A DNA stretch of 40,720 nt from Saprospiraceae bacterium (GCA_043748865.1 JAYTNA010000065.1:1-40720), one strand, 5' to 3'. Counted from the stretch's first letter, positions 28,345-39,125 are shown. Numbers and translations: made by a program. Notes: generated from the letters alone by a model not told the origin.

Positions 28345-30018
28345 ATGATTCACAGACTTTTAATAAAAAATTACGCGCTCATAGAGCATCTCGATGTGGC
28401 TTTTGATGCCGGATTAACAATTATCACCGGTGAAACAGGTGCCGGTAAATCTATTTTATTGGGTGCACTCGGCATGATTTTGGGCAACAGAGCCGATGCG
28501 AAAGTATTGTATAATCAAGCAGAAAAATGTGTAATTGAAGGTTACTTTGATGTCTCTTCTTATGATTTAAAAGAATTTTTTGAAGAAAACGAAGTGGATT
28601 ACGATGTCAATACTGTCGTGCGACGCGAACTCACGCCGCAAGGAAAAACGCGCCAATTCATCAACGATACGCCCGTTAATTTGAATCAATTGCGTTCTTT
28701 TACCGGAAAATTAGTGGATTTGCATCAGCAATTTGATACAATGGAAATCAGCGACGCGAGTTTTCAATTGCAAATGATTGATGCTTTAGCAGATAATAAA
28801 GTACCGCTTGCCGAATACAAAAAAATATTTTCAACTTACCAATCAAACAAACGACAATTGTCGGATATGATTGAACAAAGTGCGCGATCAAGCAAAGAAA
28901 TAGGTTTCTGGAAATTTCAACTTGATGAACTCGAACAAGCAACACTCGTTGAAGGGGAACAAGAACAATACGAAACGAATTTAACGCGCCTGCAAAACGG
29001 AGAAAATATTAAACGACAACTCACGGCAGCTTTTCGCGCAGTGATTGACGATGAAAATGCGATTGTCGGACAAATGCGTTCGATTACGCAAGGGGTAGGA
29101 CAAGTAAAAAAATTTAATTCGGAAATAGCCAAACAGCACCAACGTTTAGAAAGTGTGATGCTCGAATTAGATGACATCGGTAACGAATTGGAACGCCTTT
29201 CAGAGGATACTGAATATAATCCGGAACAAATTCAAACCATACAAGCGCGTTTGGATGTAATTTATAAACTACAAAAAAAACACAACGTCAACTCAATTCC
29301 GGAATTATTGACGCTGCAAAATCAATTTCAAGCACAACTCGACGCGGTGGCGGATATGTCGGAAGGTATCGGAACTTTTAAAAAGCAGATTGCTGAACAA
29401 GAAATTACTTTAAACGCGCAAGCCGGCAACTTATCGCAACGCCGGCAAACTGTATCGCCGGGTTTTTCCGAAAAAGTATTACAGCGTTTGCGTTTGTTGG
29501 GCATGGAGCAATCACAAATGAATGTAACGTTCAAATCCGCTCCTGCACTTACAAATACCGGCATTGATGATGTACAATTTTTATTTGCCGCTAACAGAGG
29601 TTCGCGTTTGCTACCGATAAAAGATGTTGCTTCGGGCGGTGAATTAAGTAGGTTGGCTTTGTGTGCTAAATCTTTAGTAGCAGCCGCAATTCCGTTGCCG
29701 ACGATGATTTTCGATGAAATTGATAGTGGTGTATCCGGTGATATTGCTTTGAAAATGGGAAATATTTTGCAACAACTTGCTTCGCACCATCAAATTGTCG
29801 TCATTACGCACTCGCCGCAAGTGGCCGCAAAAGCCAATAAACATTATTTTGTTTATAAAACGCTTCAAGACGATCGCACTTTCACAAAAGTACGTTTGTT
29901 GGAGTATGACGAACGCGTTCGTGCAATTGCTACGATGTTGAGCCAAAATCCACCATCTAATTCTGCTTTGGAAAATGCGAAAGAATTGATGAGTGAAAAA
30001 ATATCAATAGGTAGTTAG
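28345..30018 (+). CDS. recN: DNA repair protein RecN (SMC-like ATPase)
   Basis: N-terminal LLIKNYALIEHLDV...GETGAGKSIL (Walker A), a long coiled-coil middle, and a C-terminal ASGGELSRLALC signature with MIFDEIDSGVSG Walker B. Confidence 0.95.
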   Translation: MIHRLLIKNYALIEHLDVAFDAGLTIITGETGAGKSILLGALGMILGNRADAKVLYNQAEKCVIEGYFDVSSYDLKEFFEENEVDYDVNTVVRRELTPQGKTRQFINDTPVNLNQLRSFTGKLVDLHQQFDTMEISDASFQLQMIDALADNKVPLAEYKKIFSTYQSNKRQLSDMIEQSARSSKEIGFWKFQLDELEQATLVEGEQEQYETNLTRLQNGENIKRQLTAAFRAVIDDENAIVGQMRSITQGVGQVKKFNSEIAKQHQRLESVMLELDDIGNELERLSEDTEYNPEQIQTIQARLDVIYKLQKKHNVNSIPELLTLQNQFQAQLDAVADMSEGIGTFKKQIAEQEITLNAQAGNLSQRRQTVSPGFSEKVLQRLRLLGMEQSQMNVTFKSAPALTNTGIDDVQFLFAANRGSRLLPIKDVASGGELSRLALCAKSLVAAAIPLPTMIFDEIDSGVSGDIALKMGNILQQLASHHQIVVITHSPQVAAKANKHYFVYKTLQDDRTFTKVRLLEYDERVRAIATMLSQNPPSNSALENAKELMSEKISIGS

Positions 30019-30094
30019 TTGATTGATTAGTACAGAATTAATTTTTAAATTTTAAAATAACGTAACTGCCCAAGTTTTTATTCGATAGTTAAAT

Positions 30095-30116
30095 AACCGC
30101 TTCGCGGTTGTTTTTC
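30095..30116 (+). terminator. Rho-independent terminator after recN
   Basis: aaccgc-ttc-gcggtt GC-rich hairpin followed by gttttt. Confidence 0.6.
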
Positions 30117-30152
30117 TTTAAAATTGTACATGAGTAGTTACAAAGTAACGAA

Positions 30153-30719
30153 ATGATAAACCAAAATTTCCTTGAAAGCTCAATGAAACTTTTCCAATAC
30201 TATAAAATATTGGGAGAAAAAGCCATTGCACAAGTACCCGAGACCGCATTATTTTGGCAAGCGAATGAAGACTCAAACAGTATCGCCATGATTGTAAAAC
30301 ATATTTCCGGCAATATGATTTCTCGGTGGACTGATTTTTTGACAACAGACGGTGAAAAATCCGAACGCGACCGCGATGCAGAATTTGAAAATGACGTAAC
30401 AACACGCACTGAAGTTTTAGAACTCTGGGAACGCGGTTGGGCGTGTTTGTTTTTTGCTTTAGAAAATTTAAAATCCACCGATTTAGAAAAAATAATTTAT
30501 ATCCGCAATCAAGTACATACTGTTTTGGAAGCCGTCAATAGACAATTAGCACATTATCCGCATCACGTCGGACAAATTGTTTTTATTGCAAAAATGAAAA
30601 CGGAACACGCTTGGCAAACTTTATCTATTGCCAAAAATAAATCACAAGATTTTAACTCGGAAAAATTTGGACAACCAAAAACACGCGGCAGTTTTTTAGC
30701 CGAAAATTTGAGCAAGTAG
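30153..30719 (+). CDS. DUF1572-family (DinB-like four-helix bundle) protein
   Basis: HISGNMISRWTDFLTTDGEKSERDRDAEF and HYPHHVGQIVF motifs are typical of DUF1572/DinB-fold proteins. Confidence 0.85.
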   Translation: MINQNFLESSMKLFQYYKILGEKAIAQVPETALFWQANEDSNSIAMIVKHISGNMISRWTDFLTTDGEKSERDRDAEFENDVTTRTEVLELWERGWACLFFALENLKSTDLEKIIYIRNQVHTVLEAVNRQLAHYPHHVGQIVFIAKMKTEHAWQTLSIAKNKSQDFNSEKFGQPKTRGSFLAENLSK

Positions 30720-30825
30720 TACATAGAACTGAAAAAAAAATTACTTTTGTTGAAAAAGTTGAATAATGGAGGTAAAATTATCAATCGGTATCCAAGTTTT
30801 TCGGAATTGCGTAACGGCAATTTCA

Positions 30826-31344
30826 TTAATACCGCTCCTTAATTACATTCCAATGATGCAATTGATGTCCTAAGACAATATTAATGAGTGCTGACACCGT
30901 AGTCGGTGTACCCGAAGTACTCACACCGCCACGTTTTAAATCATTTTTATCTAAAGTTTTAATAAAAGCGATAGATGAAGCGCGTTGCAAACGCATTTCT
31001 TCTAAAATACTTTTCATACTTCTGTCATTAGCGTGCGAAGCCGGGCCATAAGCGTTTCTATCGAAACCCGGTAACGGTGTTGTATCTTTTCGGGCATAAC
31101 GCAAAGCGCGATAAACAAAAATACGTTCCGCATCCGTTGAATGCACTAAAACTTCTTTTATTGTCCATTTACCTTCGGCATAACGATATTCATGTTTACT
31201 TTCGTGCAGCGATAAAATGTATTTTGCTAAAGCTTTTTGTGTTTCTTTCAAATGTTTAACCAATTGTCCGTCGTCGGGAACAAGTGCGATGTATTTCTCC
31301 ATAAATGCAGGATAGGTCCCTGAAGTCGGTTTTTTTATTTTCAT
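30826..31344 (-). CDS. DinB-family protein (DinB_2-like)
   Basis: WTIKEVLVHSTDAERIF and LGHQLHHWNVI histidine-triad-like motifs of the DinB fold. Confidence 0.85.
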   Translation of the reverse strand: MKIKKPTSGTYPAFMEKYIALVPDDGQLVKHLKETQKALAKYILSLHESKHEYRYAEGKWTIKEVLVHSTDAERIFVYRALRYARKDTTPLPGFDRNAYGPASHANDRSMKSILEEMRLQRASSIAFIKTLDKNDLKRGGVSTSGTPTTVSALINIVLGHQLHHWNVIKERY

Positions 31345-31430
31345 AAAAGCAATTATTATTTATTGATTATCGTTGTTCGTAAAAAATTATTTGACTAATA
31401 AATTATAATAAAGGTAAAATAAATTTTATT

Positions 31431-32666
31431 ATGATTCATACAATGCGTTGGTTCGGTCCTGATGATGATGTTTCATTAATGGATATTCGACAAGCAGGTT
31501 GCACAGGCGTTGTCACTGCTTTACATCAAATTCCCGTCGGAGAAATTTGGTCAGTTGAAGCCATTGAAGAAAGAAAAAAAATTATTGAAAAAGACAATCA
31601 AAAATATGTGCCGCTCTTATGGTTGGTTACAGAAAGTTTGCCCATACATGAAGACATTAAAAAAGGTTTGCCGAGTCGTGAAAAATATATAGCGAACTAT
31701 ATCGCATCGCTTAAAAATTTAGCAGACTGCGGCATCAAAACGGTTTGTTACAATTTTATGCCTGTTTTAGATTGGTCGCGCACCAATTTAAAATACGAAA
31801 TGCCTGATGGTTCACGCGCTTTGCGGTTTGTTTGGGAAGATTTTGCTGTTTTCGATTTATACATTTTGAAACGTCCGAATGCAGAAAAAGATTATTCGGA
31901 GGCAGTCTGCGTATCTTCAAAAGAAAAATTCAGTCGCCTGAATAAGCAACAAAAAACAACGTTAAAAAATACGATTCTGTTGGGTTTACCGGGTTCAAAA
32001 GAAGCGTTTAAGTTGAAAAATTTTCAAGAACTTTTGGATAATTATAAAAATATCGGAGATAAAGAATTGCGCGAAAATCTTTATTATTTTATTCAAAAAG
32101 TAGCACCGATTGCCGAAAACTTAGGTGTCAAACTTTGTATTCACCCTGACGATCCGCCTTTTTCTTTATTAGGTTTGCCGAGAGTGCTTAGTACAGAACA
32201 CGATATAGAACAATTGATGGAATCCTGCGATGTGCGTGCTAACGGATTAACTCTTTGTACCGGTTCTTTAGGCGTAAGGCCTGATAATAATATTGTTCAA
32301 ATCGCTCAAAAATTTGCCGACAGAATTCATTTTATTCATTTACGTACTACAAAACGCGAAGCAACCGATGTAAGAGATAATAAATTTGCTTTTCACGAAG
32401 CCGCACATCTCGAAGGTGATGTTGATATGGTTGAAACTATAAAAGCAATTATCATTGAAGAAAATAAACGTCGAGAAGAAAGCCGACCGGATAATCAAAT
32501 TCCAATGCGTCCGGATCACGGACATCAGATGTTGGATGATTTGAAAAAGAAAACTTATCCTGGATATTCCGCCATAGGTCGTTTGAAAGGTTTAGCGGAA
32601 TTGAGAGGTATTGAATTAGCCGTCAGTCGATTAGTTATTAGTCAGTATTCTAAAATTTTAGATTAA
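31431..32666 (+). CDS. uxuA: Mannonate dehydratase
   Basis: N-terminus MRWFGPDDDVSLMDIRQAGCTGVVTALH is collinear with UxuA. LCIHPDDPP and the RPDHGH metal-site region are present. The last roughly 15 aa are encoded by a repeat arm. Confidence 0.93.
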   Translation: MIHTMRWFGPDDDVSLMDIRQAGCTGVVTALHQIPVGEIWSVEAIEERKKIIEKDNQKYVPLLWLVTESLPIHEDIKKGLPSREKYIANYIASLKNLADCGIKTVCYNFMPVLDWSRTNLKYEMPDGSRALRFVWEDFAVFDLYILKRPNAEKDYSEAVCVSSKEKFSRLNKQQKTTLKNTILLGLPGSKEAFKLKNFQELLDNYKNIGDKELRENLYYFIQKVAPIAENLGVKLCIHPDDPPFSLLGLPRVLSTEHDIEQLMESCDVRANGLTLCTGSLGVRPDNNIVQIAQKFADRIHFIHLRTTKREATDVRDNKFAFHEAAHLEGDVDMVETIKAIIIEENKRREESRPDNQIPMRPDHGHQMLDDLKKKTYPGYSAIGRLKGLAELRGIELAVSRLVISQYSKILD

Positions 32667-32699
32667 ATGATTGACTAATCGACTTAACGACTAACTAAC
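32622..32699. repeat. Heptamer-word hairpin (tagtcag family) straddling the uxuA stop codon
   Basis: Left arm gtcagtcgattagttattagtcagtatt lies inside the CDS. Right arm attgactaatcgacttaacgactaactaac spans 32670-32699. Confidence 0.7.
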
Positions 32700-32710
32700 A
32701 AATAAATGAC

Positions 32711-33478
32711 ATGCAAATAAAAAATAAAAGTTTTCTCGTCACCGGCGGCGCATCCGGTTTGGGTTTCGGCACAGCTAAAATGATTGCAGAAAATAAAGGA
32801 AACGTCATCATTGCCGATATAAACGTTGAAAAAGGAGAAGCGGCTGCAAAAAGCCTCGGCAAATACGCTCACTTTGTTCAAACAGATGTAACAGATGAAG
32901 CGAGTGTGCAAAACGCGATTGATATAGGTTTGAAAAAATTTGGTGCTTTAGATGGTGCAATTAATTGCGCCGGTATAGCACCGGCAGAGCGTGTACTGAG
33001 TAAAACCGGCGTTCATGCTTTGTCGTCATTTTCAAAAGTGATTTCGATAAATCTTATTGGTTCATTCAATGTCATCAGATTAGCTGCCGATGCAATGCAA
33101 AAAAACGAACTTGGTGATGACGGTGAACGCGGCATTTTAATTTCAACTGCATCTGTTGCCGCATTCGACGGGCAGATCGGACAAGCGGCTTATTCGGCAT
33201 CGAAAGGCGGCATTGTTGCGATGACTTTACCGATTGCACGCGAGTTGGCGCGTTTCGGTATTCGCGTGATGGTGATTGCGCCGGGAATTTTTGAGACACC
33301 TTTACTCGCTTCAATGCCCGAAGATGTGCGCATTTCTCTCGGCAAACAAGTACCTTTCCCGTCGCGACTCGGACAACCGGACGAATACGCTTTCTTGGCA
33401 AAACATATCATCGAGAACGTGATGCTCAACGGTGAAGTTATACGGTTAGATGGTGCGATAAGAATGGGCGCAAAATAA
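32711..33478 (+). CDS. SDR-family oxidoreductase, 3-hydroxyacyl-CoA dehydrogenase type-2 (HSD17B10)-like
   Basis: TGGASGLG cofactor motif. Long collinear matches to HSD10-type enzymes ([64 protein letters not shown]). Confidence 0.9.
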   Translation: MQIKNKSFLVTGGASGLGFGTAKMIAENKGNVIIADINVEKGEAAAKSLGKYAHFVQTDVTDEASVQNAIDIGLKKFGALDGAINCAGIAPAERVLSKTGVHALSSFSKVISINLIGSFNVIRLAADAMQKNELGDDGERGILISTASVAAFDGQIGQAAYSASKGGIVAMTLPIARELARFGIRVMVIAPGIFETPLLASMPEDVRISLGKQVPFPSRLGQPDEYAFLAKHIIENVMLNGEVIRLDGAIRMGAK

Positions 33479-33508
33479 AAATGAAAAATAAAAAAACAAT
33501 TAGTAAGT

Positions 33509-34189
33509 ATGATTTCAATAATAATACCAACTCTAAATGAAGAAAAAAATATCGAGAGTTTGGTGCGTTTCATGCTTGAGAATAAAGTCGAGCAGGTTTC
33601 TGAAATTATTGTTGTTGACGGCGGGAGTAGCGATAATACAATCGAAGTAGCACAAGCCGCGGGCGCAATAGTATTAGAGTCGCAAAAAAAAGGGCGTGCA
33701 GTGCAAATGAATTATGGTGCATCTGTGGCGAAAGGTACTATTTTATATTTTGTTCACGCCGATGTTTTACCGCCCAAATGCTTTCAAGACGACATTATAA
33801 AAGCACTCAAAAATAATTTCGATTGCGGCAGATTTTGTACGCAATTGGATTCCAAAAGACCTTCAATCAAACTCATGGCTTCTTTTTCGCGTTTTGATTG
33901 GTTGGCGTGCTACGGCGGGGATCAAACTTTTTTTATTACCCGAAAACTATTTGATGCTATTGGTGGATACAAAAATGATATGTGCATTATGGAAGATTAC
34001 GACATAACACAACGCGCAAAATTAATCGGGCGTTATACTGTCATTCCAAAAAAAGTTTTGGTATCTGCAAGAAAATACGAGAAGAATAGTTGGTACAAAG
34101 TGCAACGCGTGCATTATAAAGTTATGAAAATGTATCTCAAAGGTGCTGCACAAACCGAGTTAATGAGGGCTTACAAAACATTATTTTAA
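33509..34189 (+). CDS. Family 2 glycosyltransferase (TIGR04283-like)
   Basis: ISIIIPTLNEE, VVDGGSSDNT, GGDQTFFI, MEDYD and SARKYEKNSW are typical of this small GT2 clade, identified from memory of the family. Confidence 0.8.
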   Translation: MISIIIPTLNEEKNIESLVRFMLENKVEQVSEIIVVDGGSSDNTIEVAQAAGAIVLESQKKGRAVQMNYGASVAKGTILYFVHADVLPPKCFQDDIIKALKNNFDCGRFCTQLDSKRPSIKLMASFSRFDWLACYGGDQTFFITRKLFDAIGGYKNDMCIMEDYDITQRAKLIGRYTVIPKKVLVSARKYEKNSWYKVQRVHYKVMKMYLKGAAQTELMRAYKTLF

Positions 34190-34221
34190 TTGTTTTTGCA
34201 AAATAGTATTTAATCTTTTTG

Positions 34222-34270
34222 AAAAAAAATGTTCCGAATTTTCTAACAGGAAAATTCGGAACATTTTTTT
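34222..34270. terminator. Bidirectional rho-independent terminator between the convergent GT2 and leuC genes
   Basis: Perfect stem atgttccgaattttc / gaaaattcggaacat with loop taacag. It is flanked by an A8 run upstream and a T7 run downstream. Confidence 0.85.
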
Positions 34271-34290
34271 ATGTATTATTTGACAATTAA

Positions 34291-35682
34291 TTAAATCATT
34301 TCTCGCACATCCGTAATCTTTCCGGTAAGCGCAACAGCAGCAGCCGTGAGCGGACTTACCAAAAGTGTTCTTGCACCCGCTCCTTGTCGTCCTTCAAAAT
34401 TTCTGTTCGATGTGGAAACGCAATATTCTCCTCTCGGAATTTTATCCTCATTCATACCCAGACACGCAGAACAACCGGGTTGACGGAGTTCAAATCCCGC
34501 CGCTTCAAAAATTTTGTGCAAACCTTCGGCACGTGCCTGATTTTCCACTTGTTTCGATCCCGGTACGATAAAAACATTCACGCCTTCCGCTTTGTGTTTG
34601 CCTTTTACGGTTTGAGCAATCAAACGCAAATCTTCAATGCGCGAGTTGGTACAACTGCCGATAAAAACGTGTTGAACAGATTTTCCCAACAGTGATTCGC
34701 CCGGCACAAAACCCATGTATGCTAAAGATTTTTGAAAACCGGCGCGTTCAGCTTCAACAATATCCGCTAGTGCCGGTACTTGACCTTGAACACCGATACC
34801 CATACCCGGATTTGTGCCATAAGTAATCATCGGTTGAATATCTTCTGCTTTTATGTTAAGTTCTAAATCAAATTTTGCATCTGCATCAGTATATAATTCT
34901 TTCCACTCAGCCATTTTTTTTGTCCACTTCGTGCCTGTCGGTGCAAATTTTCTGTCTTTCATATAAGTAAATGTAGTTTCGTCGGGCGCGATAAATCCGC
35001 CACGTGCGCCCATTTCTATACTCATATTGCAAATCGTCATACGCGCTTCCATTGACAAAGCGCGAATAGCTGAACCGGCGTACTCAACAAAATAACCCGT
35101 CGCACCGCTTGCCGAAATTTGAGCAATGATGTGCAAAATAATATCTTTCGACAACACGCCTTTTGAAACTTCGCCCTCCACATTAATACGCATTTGTTTT
35201 GGTTTTGTCTGCAAAACGCATTGCGTTGCTAAAACCATTTCCACCTCTGATGTACCAATACCGAAGGCAATTGCACCAAACGCGCCATGTGTTGATGTAT
35301 GCGAATCGCCGCAAACAATTGTCATGCCCGGTTGCGTTACGCCAAGTTCCGGTCCAATCACGTGAACTATACCTTGAAACGGATGACCTAAACCGTAAAG
35401 TTCGATTTCATTTTCCGCACAATTTTCAATCAATTTTTCCACTTGAAAGCGCGATAACATATCTTTTATCGGTAAATGTTGATTGATTGTCGGCACATTG
35501 TGGTCGGCAGTAGCGACAATGCGATCTTTTCTAAAAACTTTCATACCCCGCTTTTTCAAGCCGTCAAATGCTTGCGGCGATGTGACTTCATGAATAAAAT
35601 GTTTATCAATAAACAATACACTCGGTCCGTCCGGAATTGTTTTGACGACATGTTTATCCCAGATTTTATCAAAAAGAGTCAT
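34291..35682 (-). CDS. leuC: 3-isopropylmalate dehydratase large subunit
   Basis: [13 protein letters not shown] start, aconitase-family Fe-S cysteines ([25 protein letters not shown]). Confidence 0.95.
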   Translation of the reverse strand: MTLFDKIWDKHVVKTIPDGPSVLFIDKHFIHEVTSPQAFDGLKKRGMKVFRKDRIVATADHNVPTINQHLPIKDMLSRFQVEKLIENCAENEIELYGLGHPFQGIVHVIGPELGVTQPGMTIVCGDSHTSTHGAFGAIAFGIGTSEVEMVLATQCVLQTKPKQMRINVEGEVSKGVLSKDIILHIIAQISASGATGYFVEYAGSAIRALSMEARMTICNMSIEMGARGGFIAPDETTFTYMKDRKFAPTGTKWTKKMAEWKELYTDADAKFDLELNIKAEDIQPMITYGTNPGMGIGVQGQVPALADIVEAERAGFQKSLAYMGFVPGESLLGKSVQHVFIGSCTNSRIEDLRLIAQTVKGKHKAEGVNVFIVPGSKQVENQARAEGLHKIFEAAGFELRQPGCSACLGMNEDKIPRGEYCVSTSNRNFEGRQGAGARTLLVSPLTAAAVALTGKITDVREMI

Positions 35683-35687
35683 AATAA

Positions 35688-35833
35688 TTATTAGTTGTTA
35701 AGTGTTAATGATAAATGGTTAGTTGTTATCAATTAATCGTAAAGGATTGGTTAATATTCAATTCGTTTATGTAGGTTGATAACGAAAATCAACCATTAAC
35801 CGGTAACAATTAAATATTAACCATTAACAATTG
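35688..35833. repeat. Heptamer-word inverted repeat (tagttgt/taatggt family) filling the leuA-leuC intergenic region and overlapping the leuA stop
   Basis: Left arm ttattagttgttaagtgttaatgataaatggttagttgttatcaattaat. Right arm ttgataacgaaaatcaaccattaaccggtaacaattaaatattaaccattaacaattg. The leuA C-terminus QLLMVNI plus stop is read from the right arm. Confidence 0.7.
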
Positions 35834-36976
35834 AGTTTCCATCATTTCTTTCAAATGCCCTTCTTTCACTTCTTTTTCGCGGTCGGCGATAGAAATAAAC
35901 GCATCGTATATAATATTCAAATCAAAACCGGTCATTTTGTAGCCTAATTTTTCTAAACGATAACGCAATGCTGCACGACCACTCCGTGCCGTTAAAACAA
36001 TACTCGATTGTGCTACGCCTACATCGGCAGGATCAATAATTTCGTAGTTCGCACGGTTTTTTATCACGCCGTCTTGATGAATACCCGATGAATGTGCAAA
36101 CGCATTTGCTCCCACAATTGCTTTATTCGGTTGTACATCCATGTGCATTTTTTCGGACACCAACCTGCTTATCGGATACAGTTGTTGCGAATTAATACCG
36201 GTGTAGGCGCGTAGGCGCGCGTGTTGTTTTATTACCATCACGACCTCTTCTAACGAAGTATTTCCCGCGCGTTCACCGATACCATTCACCGTACATTCAA
36301 TTTGTCCGGCACCGTTTCTGATCGCGGCAATTGAATTGGCAGTGGCTAAACCCAAATCGTTATGGCAGTGCGCCGAAATAATCGCGCGGTCAATATTAGA
36401 AACATGATTAACTAAATATTTTATCAAACGACCGTATTGATCCGGCAAACAATAGCCCGTCGTGTCCGGAATATTTACCACCGTTGCGCCGGCTGTAATC
36501 ACGGCTTCCACTACTTGTGCTAAAAATTTGGCATCGCTGCGTCCGGCATCTTCGCAAAAAAATTCTACGTCTTCCACATATTTTTTGGCGTATTTCGTCG
36601 CAGCAATCGCGCGTTCAAGAATTTTTTCGCGCGTGGAGTTGAATTTATGTTTGATGTGAAAATCACTCGTGCCGATACCGGTATGAATCCTTGGACGTTT
36701 GGCGTACTTCAATGCACCCGCAGCGGCATCAATATCTTTTTCTACAGAGCGACTCAAAGCACAAATCGTCGCATTTTTTATGAGTTTAGAAATTGCCATC
36801 ACCGATTCAAAATCGCCCGGACTGCTGATAGGAAAACCGGCTTCGATAATATCTACGCCCAACTCTTCGAGTGCTTTAGCGATTTCTAATTTTTCGGGTA
36901 AATTAAGTTTGCAACCCGGCACTTGTTCGCCGTCGCGTAATGTTGTATCGAAAATATGAATTTTGTGCTTCATCAT
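35810..36976 (-). CDS. leuA: 2-isopropylmalate synthase, short form lacking the C-terminal LeuA regulatory domain (citramalate or homocitrate synthase not excluded)
   Basis: [11 protein letters not shown], the [12 protein letters not shown] metal site, and the HSSGIHQDG motif of the DRE-TIM HMGL-like fold. Only 388 aa. Confidence 0.88.
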   Translation of the reverse strand: MMKHKIHIFDTTLRDGEQVPGCKLNLPEKLEIAKALEELGVDIIEAGFPISSPGDFESVMAISKLIKNATICALSRSVEKDIDAAAGALKYAKRPRIHTGIGTSDFHIKHKFNSTREKILERAIAATKYAKKYVEDVEFFCEDAGRSDAKFLAQVVEAVITAGATVVNIPDTTGYCLPDQYGRLIKYLVNHVSNIDRAIISAHCHNDLGLATANSIAAIRNGAGQIECTVNGIGERAGNTSLEEVVMVIKQHARLRAYTGINSQQLYPISRLVSEKMHMDVQPNKAIVGANAFAHSSGIHQDGVIKNRANYEIIDPADVGVAQSSIVLTARSGRAALRYRLEKLGYKMTGFDLNIIYDAFISIADREKEVKEGHLKEMMETQLLMVNI

Positions 36977-37004
36977 TTATTTTTCCTTTTGTATATTTAT
37001 AATT

Positions 37005-37084
37005 GACTTACTAACTTACTGACGATAGACTTACTGATGCCAAACTTACTTTTCCAATGTCAGTAAGTCTATCGTGAGTAAGTC
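37005..37084. repeat. Long heptamer-word hairpin (gacttac family) 29 nt upstream of the leuA start
   Basis: Perfect 16-bp core acgatagacttactga (37022-37037) / tcagtaagtctatcgt (37060-37075). It extends to about 24 bp with one mismatch. Confidence 0.9.
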
Positions 37085-37543
37085 CAAATCAATAAACAAA
37101 TTTAGAAGTATAAAAATACACAGACTGTTCAGCCCGAGCAGATAAATTTTGAATTTGCTTTACAATGTGTAAGAGATAATTTTTAGTATCTAATAAATTG
37201 ATTTGGTGTTAATTGTAAAAATTTTAATTACGGTGGCTGAAATAATTTTTTAATATTATTTTACTAAGTACCAAAACCTAATTGGTATTGCTATTGTTCT
37301 GATGCAATTGATAGTATTTGCTTCTAGTTATTCCTTTGCTATGTGTTTGAAAATGCCTAAAAGATAATATTTCATTCTTAAACGACTCAAAAAAAAACGA
37401 CCGGAAAGACTTATCTTAAAGTCGTTTTAGTTTTCTAATTTTTCATTAATAATATCGCTTTTAACAAAATATTGTCAATATTACAATAAGATAATGATAC
37501 AAACGTCCTTTAGTATAATAGAATGAGTGAATTAAAACGAGTA

Positions 37544-37597
37544 AAAGTTGAAAATTGAAAATAAATTCAACTTTCAACTTTCAGCTTCAACTTTCAG
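37544..37597. repeat. Heptamer-word hairpin (caacttt family) just upstream of the ftsH start
   Basis: Left arm aaagttgaaaattgaaa; right arm ttcaactttcaactttcagcttcaactttcag. The ORF-track start at 37548 reads through this element. Confidence 0.75.
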
Positions 37598-37610
37598 TTA
37601 TAAAAAAATA

Positions 37611-39119
37611 ATGGATAATAATGATTTTGAAAGACCAAAAAGTTCAGGCAACGGCTACGGTTCGTGGTGGCTTTACGGTTTAATAGCTTTAGTGATAATT
37701 GCGGTGCAAATTTATAGTTTCGGTACGGTCGAAAAAAATCAATATACTTCAACTGATCTCGAAACTATGTTGCGCAATGATGACGTGGATAGATTGGTTT
37801 TATATAACGATGAATCGCTCGATATTTATCTGAAACCGGATAGATTGAAAGCGTGGAATATAACGCCGAGTAAAATTCCCAACCGTCCCAACGGTACGTT
37901 GCGTTTTCCGGGAAAATATTTTAATGAATTTTGGACGAAATTTTACGAAAAAAATCCGACGATTCAGAAACCACGCATGGAATACGACACTAGACCTAAC
38001 GTATTGCCGCAGATAATAAATTATTTGTTTTTAATTATTTTATTCGGCTTACTTTGGTATTTCGTTATTCGTCGTGTCGGTGGTGGTGCGGGTGGTCCTG
38101 GTTCTCAAATATTTAATATCGGACGCTCACGCGCTACTTTATTCGATCAAGGTGCAAAAGTAAAAGTAACTTTTGCGAATGTTGCCGGTTTAGATGAAGC
38201 CAAAGAAGAAGTGATGGAAGTCGTAGATTTTTTAAAAAATCCGAAAAAATACATGGCACTCGGCGGTAAAATCCCGAAAGGTGTGTTGCTCGTCGGTCCT
38301 CCGGGTACCGGTAAAACGCTTTTAGCAAAAGCGGTTGCAGGTGAAGCCGATGTACCTTTCTTTTCAATTTCAGGTTCCGATTTTGTAGAAATGTTTGTTG
38401 GGGTCGGCGCAAGTCGTGTACGTGATTTATTCCGTCAAGCGCGTGAAAAAGCACCATGCATTATTTTTATTGACGAAATTGATGCGATTGGTCGTTCACG
38501 CGGGAAAGGTGCGTTTCAAGGCGGTAATGATGAGCGCGAAAATACTTTGAATCAATTGCTTGTTGAGATGGACGGTTTTCCGACGGATAAAGCCGTAATA
38601 TTAATGGCGGCGACAAATCGTGCAGATGTTTTAGACAACGCACTTTTGCGTCCAGGACGTTTTGACAGACAAATCGGTATTGATGTGCCGGATTTAAGAG
38701 GTCGCGAACAAATTTTTGAAGTGCATCTGAAAGATATTAAAACAACCGAAGGCGTAAATCCTGCGGTCTTGGCAGAAATGACACCGGGTTTTGCCGGTGC
38801 CGACATCGCCAATATCTGTAATGAAGCCGCGCTGATTGCTGCGCGCAGAAATAAAACTGGTGTGGATATGGATGATTTCAATTACGCACTCGATAAAATC
38901 ATCGGCGGTTTGGAACGCAGAAGTAAAATCATTGCGCCGGAGGAAAAGAAAATTATTGCTTACCATGAAGCAGGTCACGCCGTTTGCGGTTGGTTTCTTG
39001 AACACGCGAGTCCGCTCGTGAAAGTGACAATTGTACCGCGCGGTATCGGAACGCTCGGGTACGCGCAGTATTTACCTAAAGATGAATACATCACGCGCAC
39101 TGAAGCCTTAAACGACTGA
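37611..39119 (+). CDS. ftsH: ATP-dependent zinc metalloprotease FtsH, N-terminal fragment (TM helices, AAA+ module, HEAGH), ending at an in-frame TGA
   Basis: [10 protein letters not shown] start followed by TM helices. GPPGTGKT Walker A, IIFIDEID Walker [30 protein letters not shown] zinc motif. TGA at 39117-39119. Confidence 0.9.
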   Translation: MDNNDFERPKSSGNGYGSWWLYGLIALVIIAVQIYSFGTVEKNQYTSTDLETMLRNDDVDRLVLYNDESLDIYLKPDRLKAWNITPSKIPNRPNGTLRFPGKYFNEFWTKFYEKNPTIQKPRMEYDTRPNVLPQIINYLFLIILFGLLWYFVIRRVGGGAGGPGSQIFNIGRSRATLFDQGAKVKVTFANVAGLDEAKEEVMEVVDFLKNPKKYMALGGKIPKGVLLVGPPGTGKTLLAKAVAGEADVPFFSISGSDFVEMFVGVGASRVRDLFRQAREKAPCIIFIDEIDAIGRSRGKGAFQGGNDERENTLNQLLVEMDGFPTDKAVILMAATNRADVLDNALLRPGRFDRQIGIDVPDLRGREQIFEVHLKDIKTTEGVNPAVLAEMTPGFAGADIANICNEAALIAARRNKTGVDMDDFNYALDKIIGGLERRSKIIAPEEKKIIAYHEAGHAVCGWFLEHASPLVKVTIVPRGIGTLGYAQYLPKDEYITRTEALND

Positions 39120-39125
39120 ATTTGT

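Noticed and set aside
39117-39119. Considered TGA reassignment (code 4 Trp or code 25 Gly) or selenocysteine as the explanation for the in-frame TGA in ftsH.
   Set aside because: TGA terminates pfkA (8732-8734), fic, DUF418, the MBL hydrolase, the glucosaminidase and ftsH itself at positions matching full-length homologues. The site is not a catalytic Cys/Sec position, and I saw no obvious SECIS-like hairpin directly downstream.
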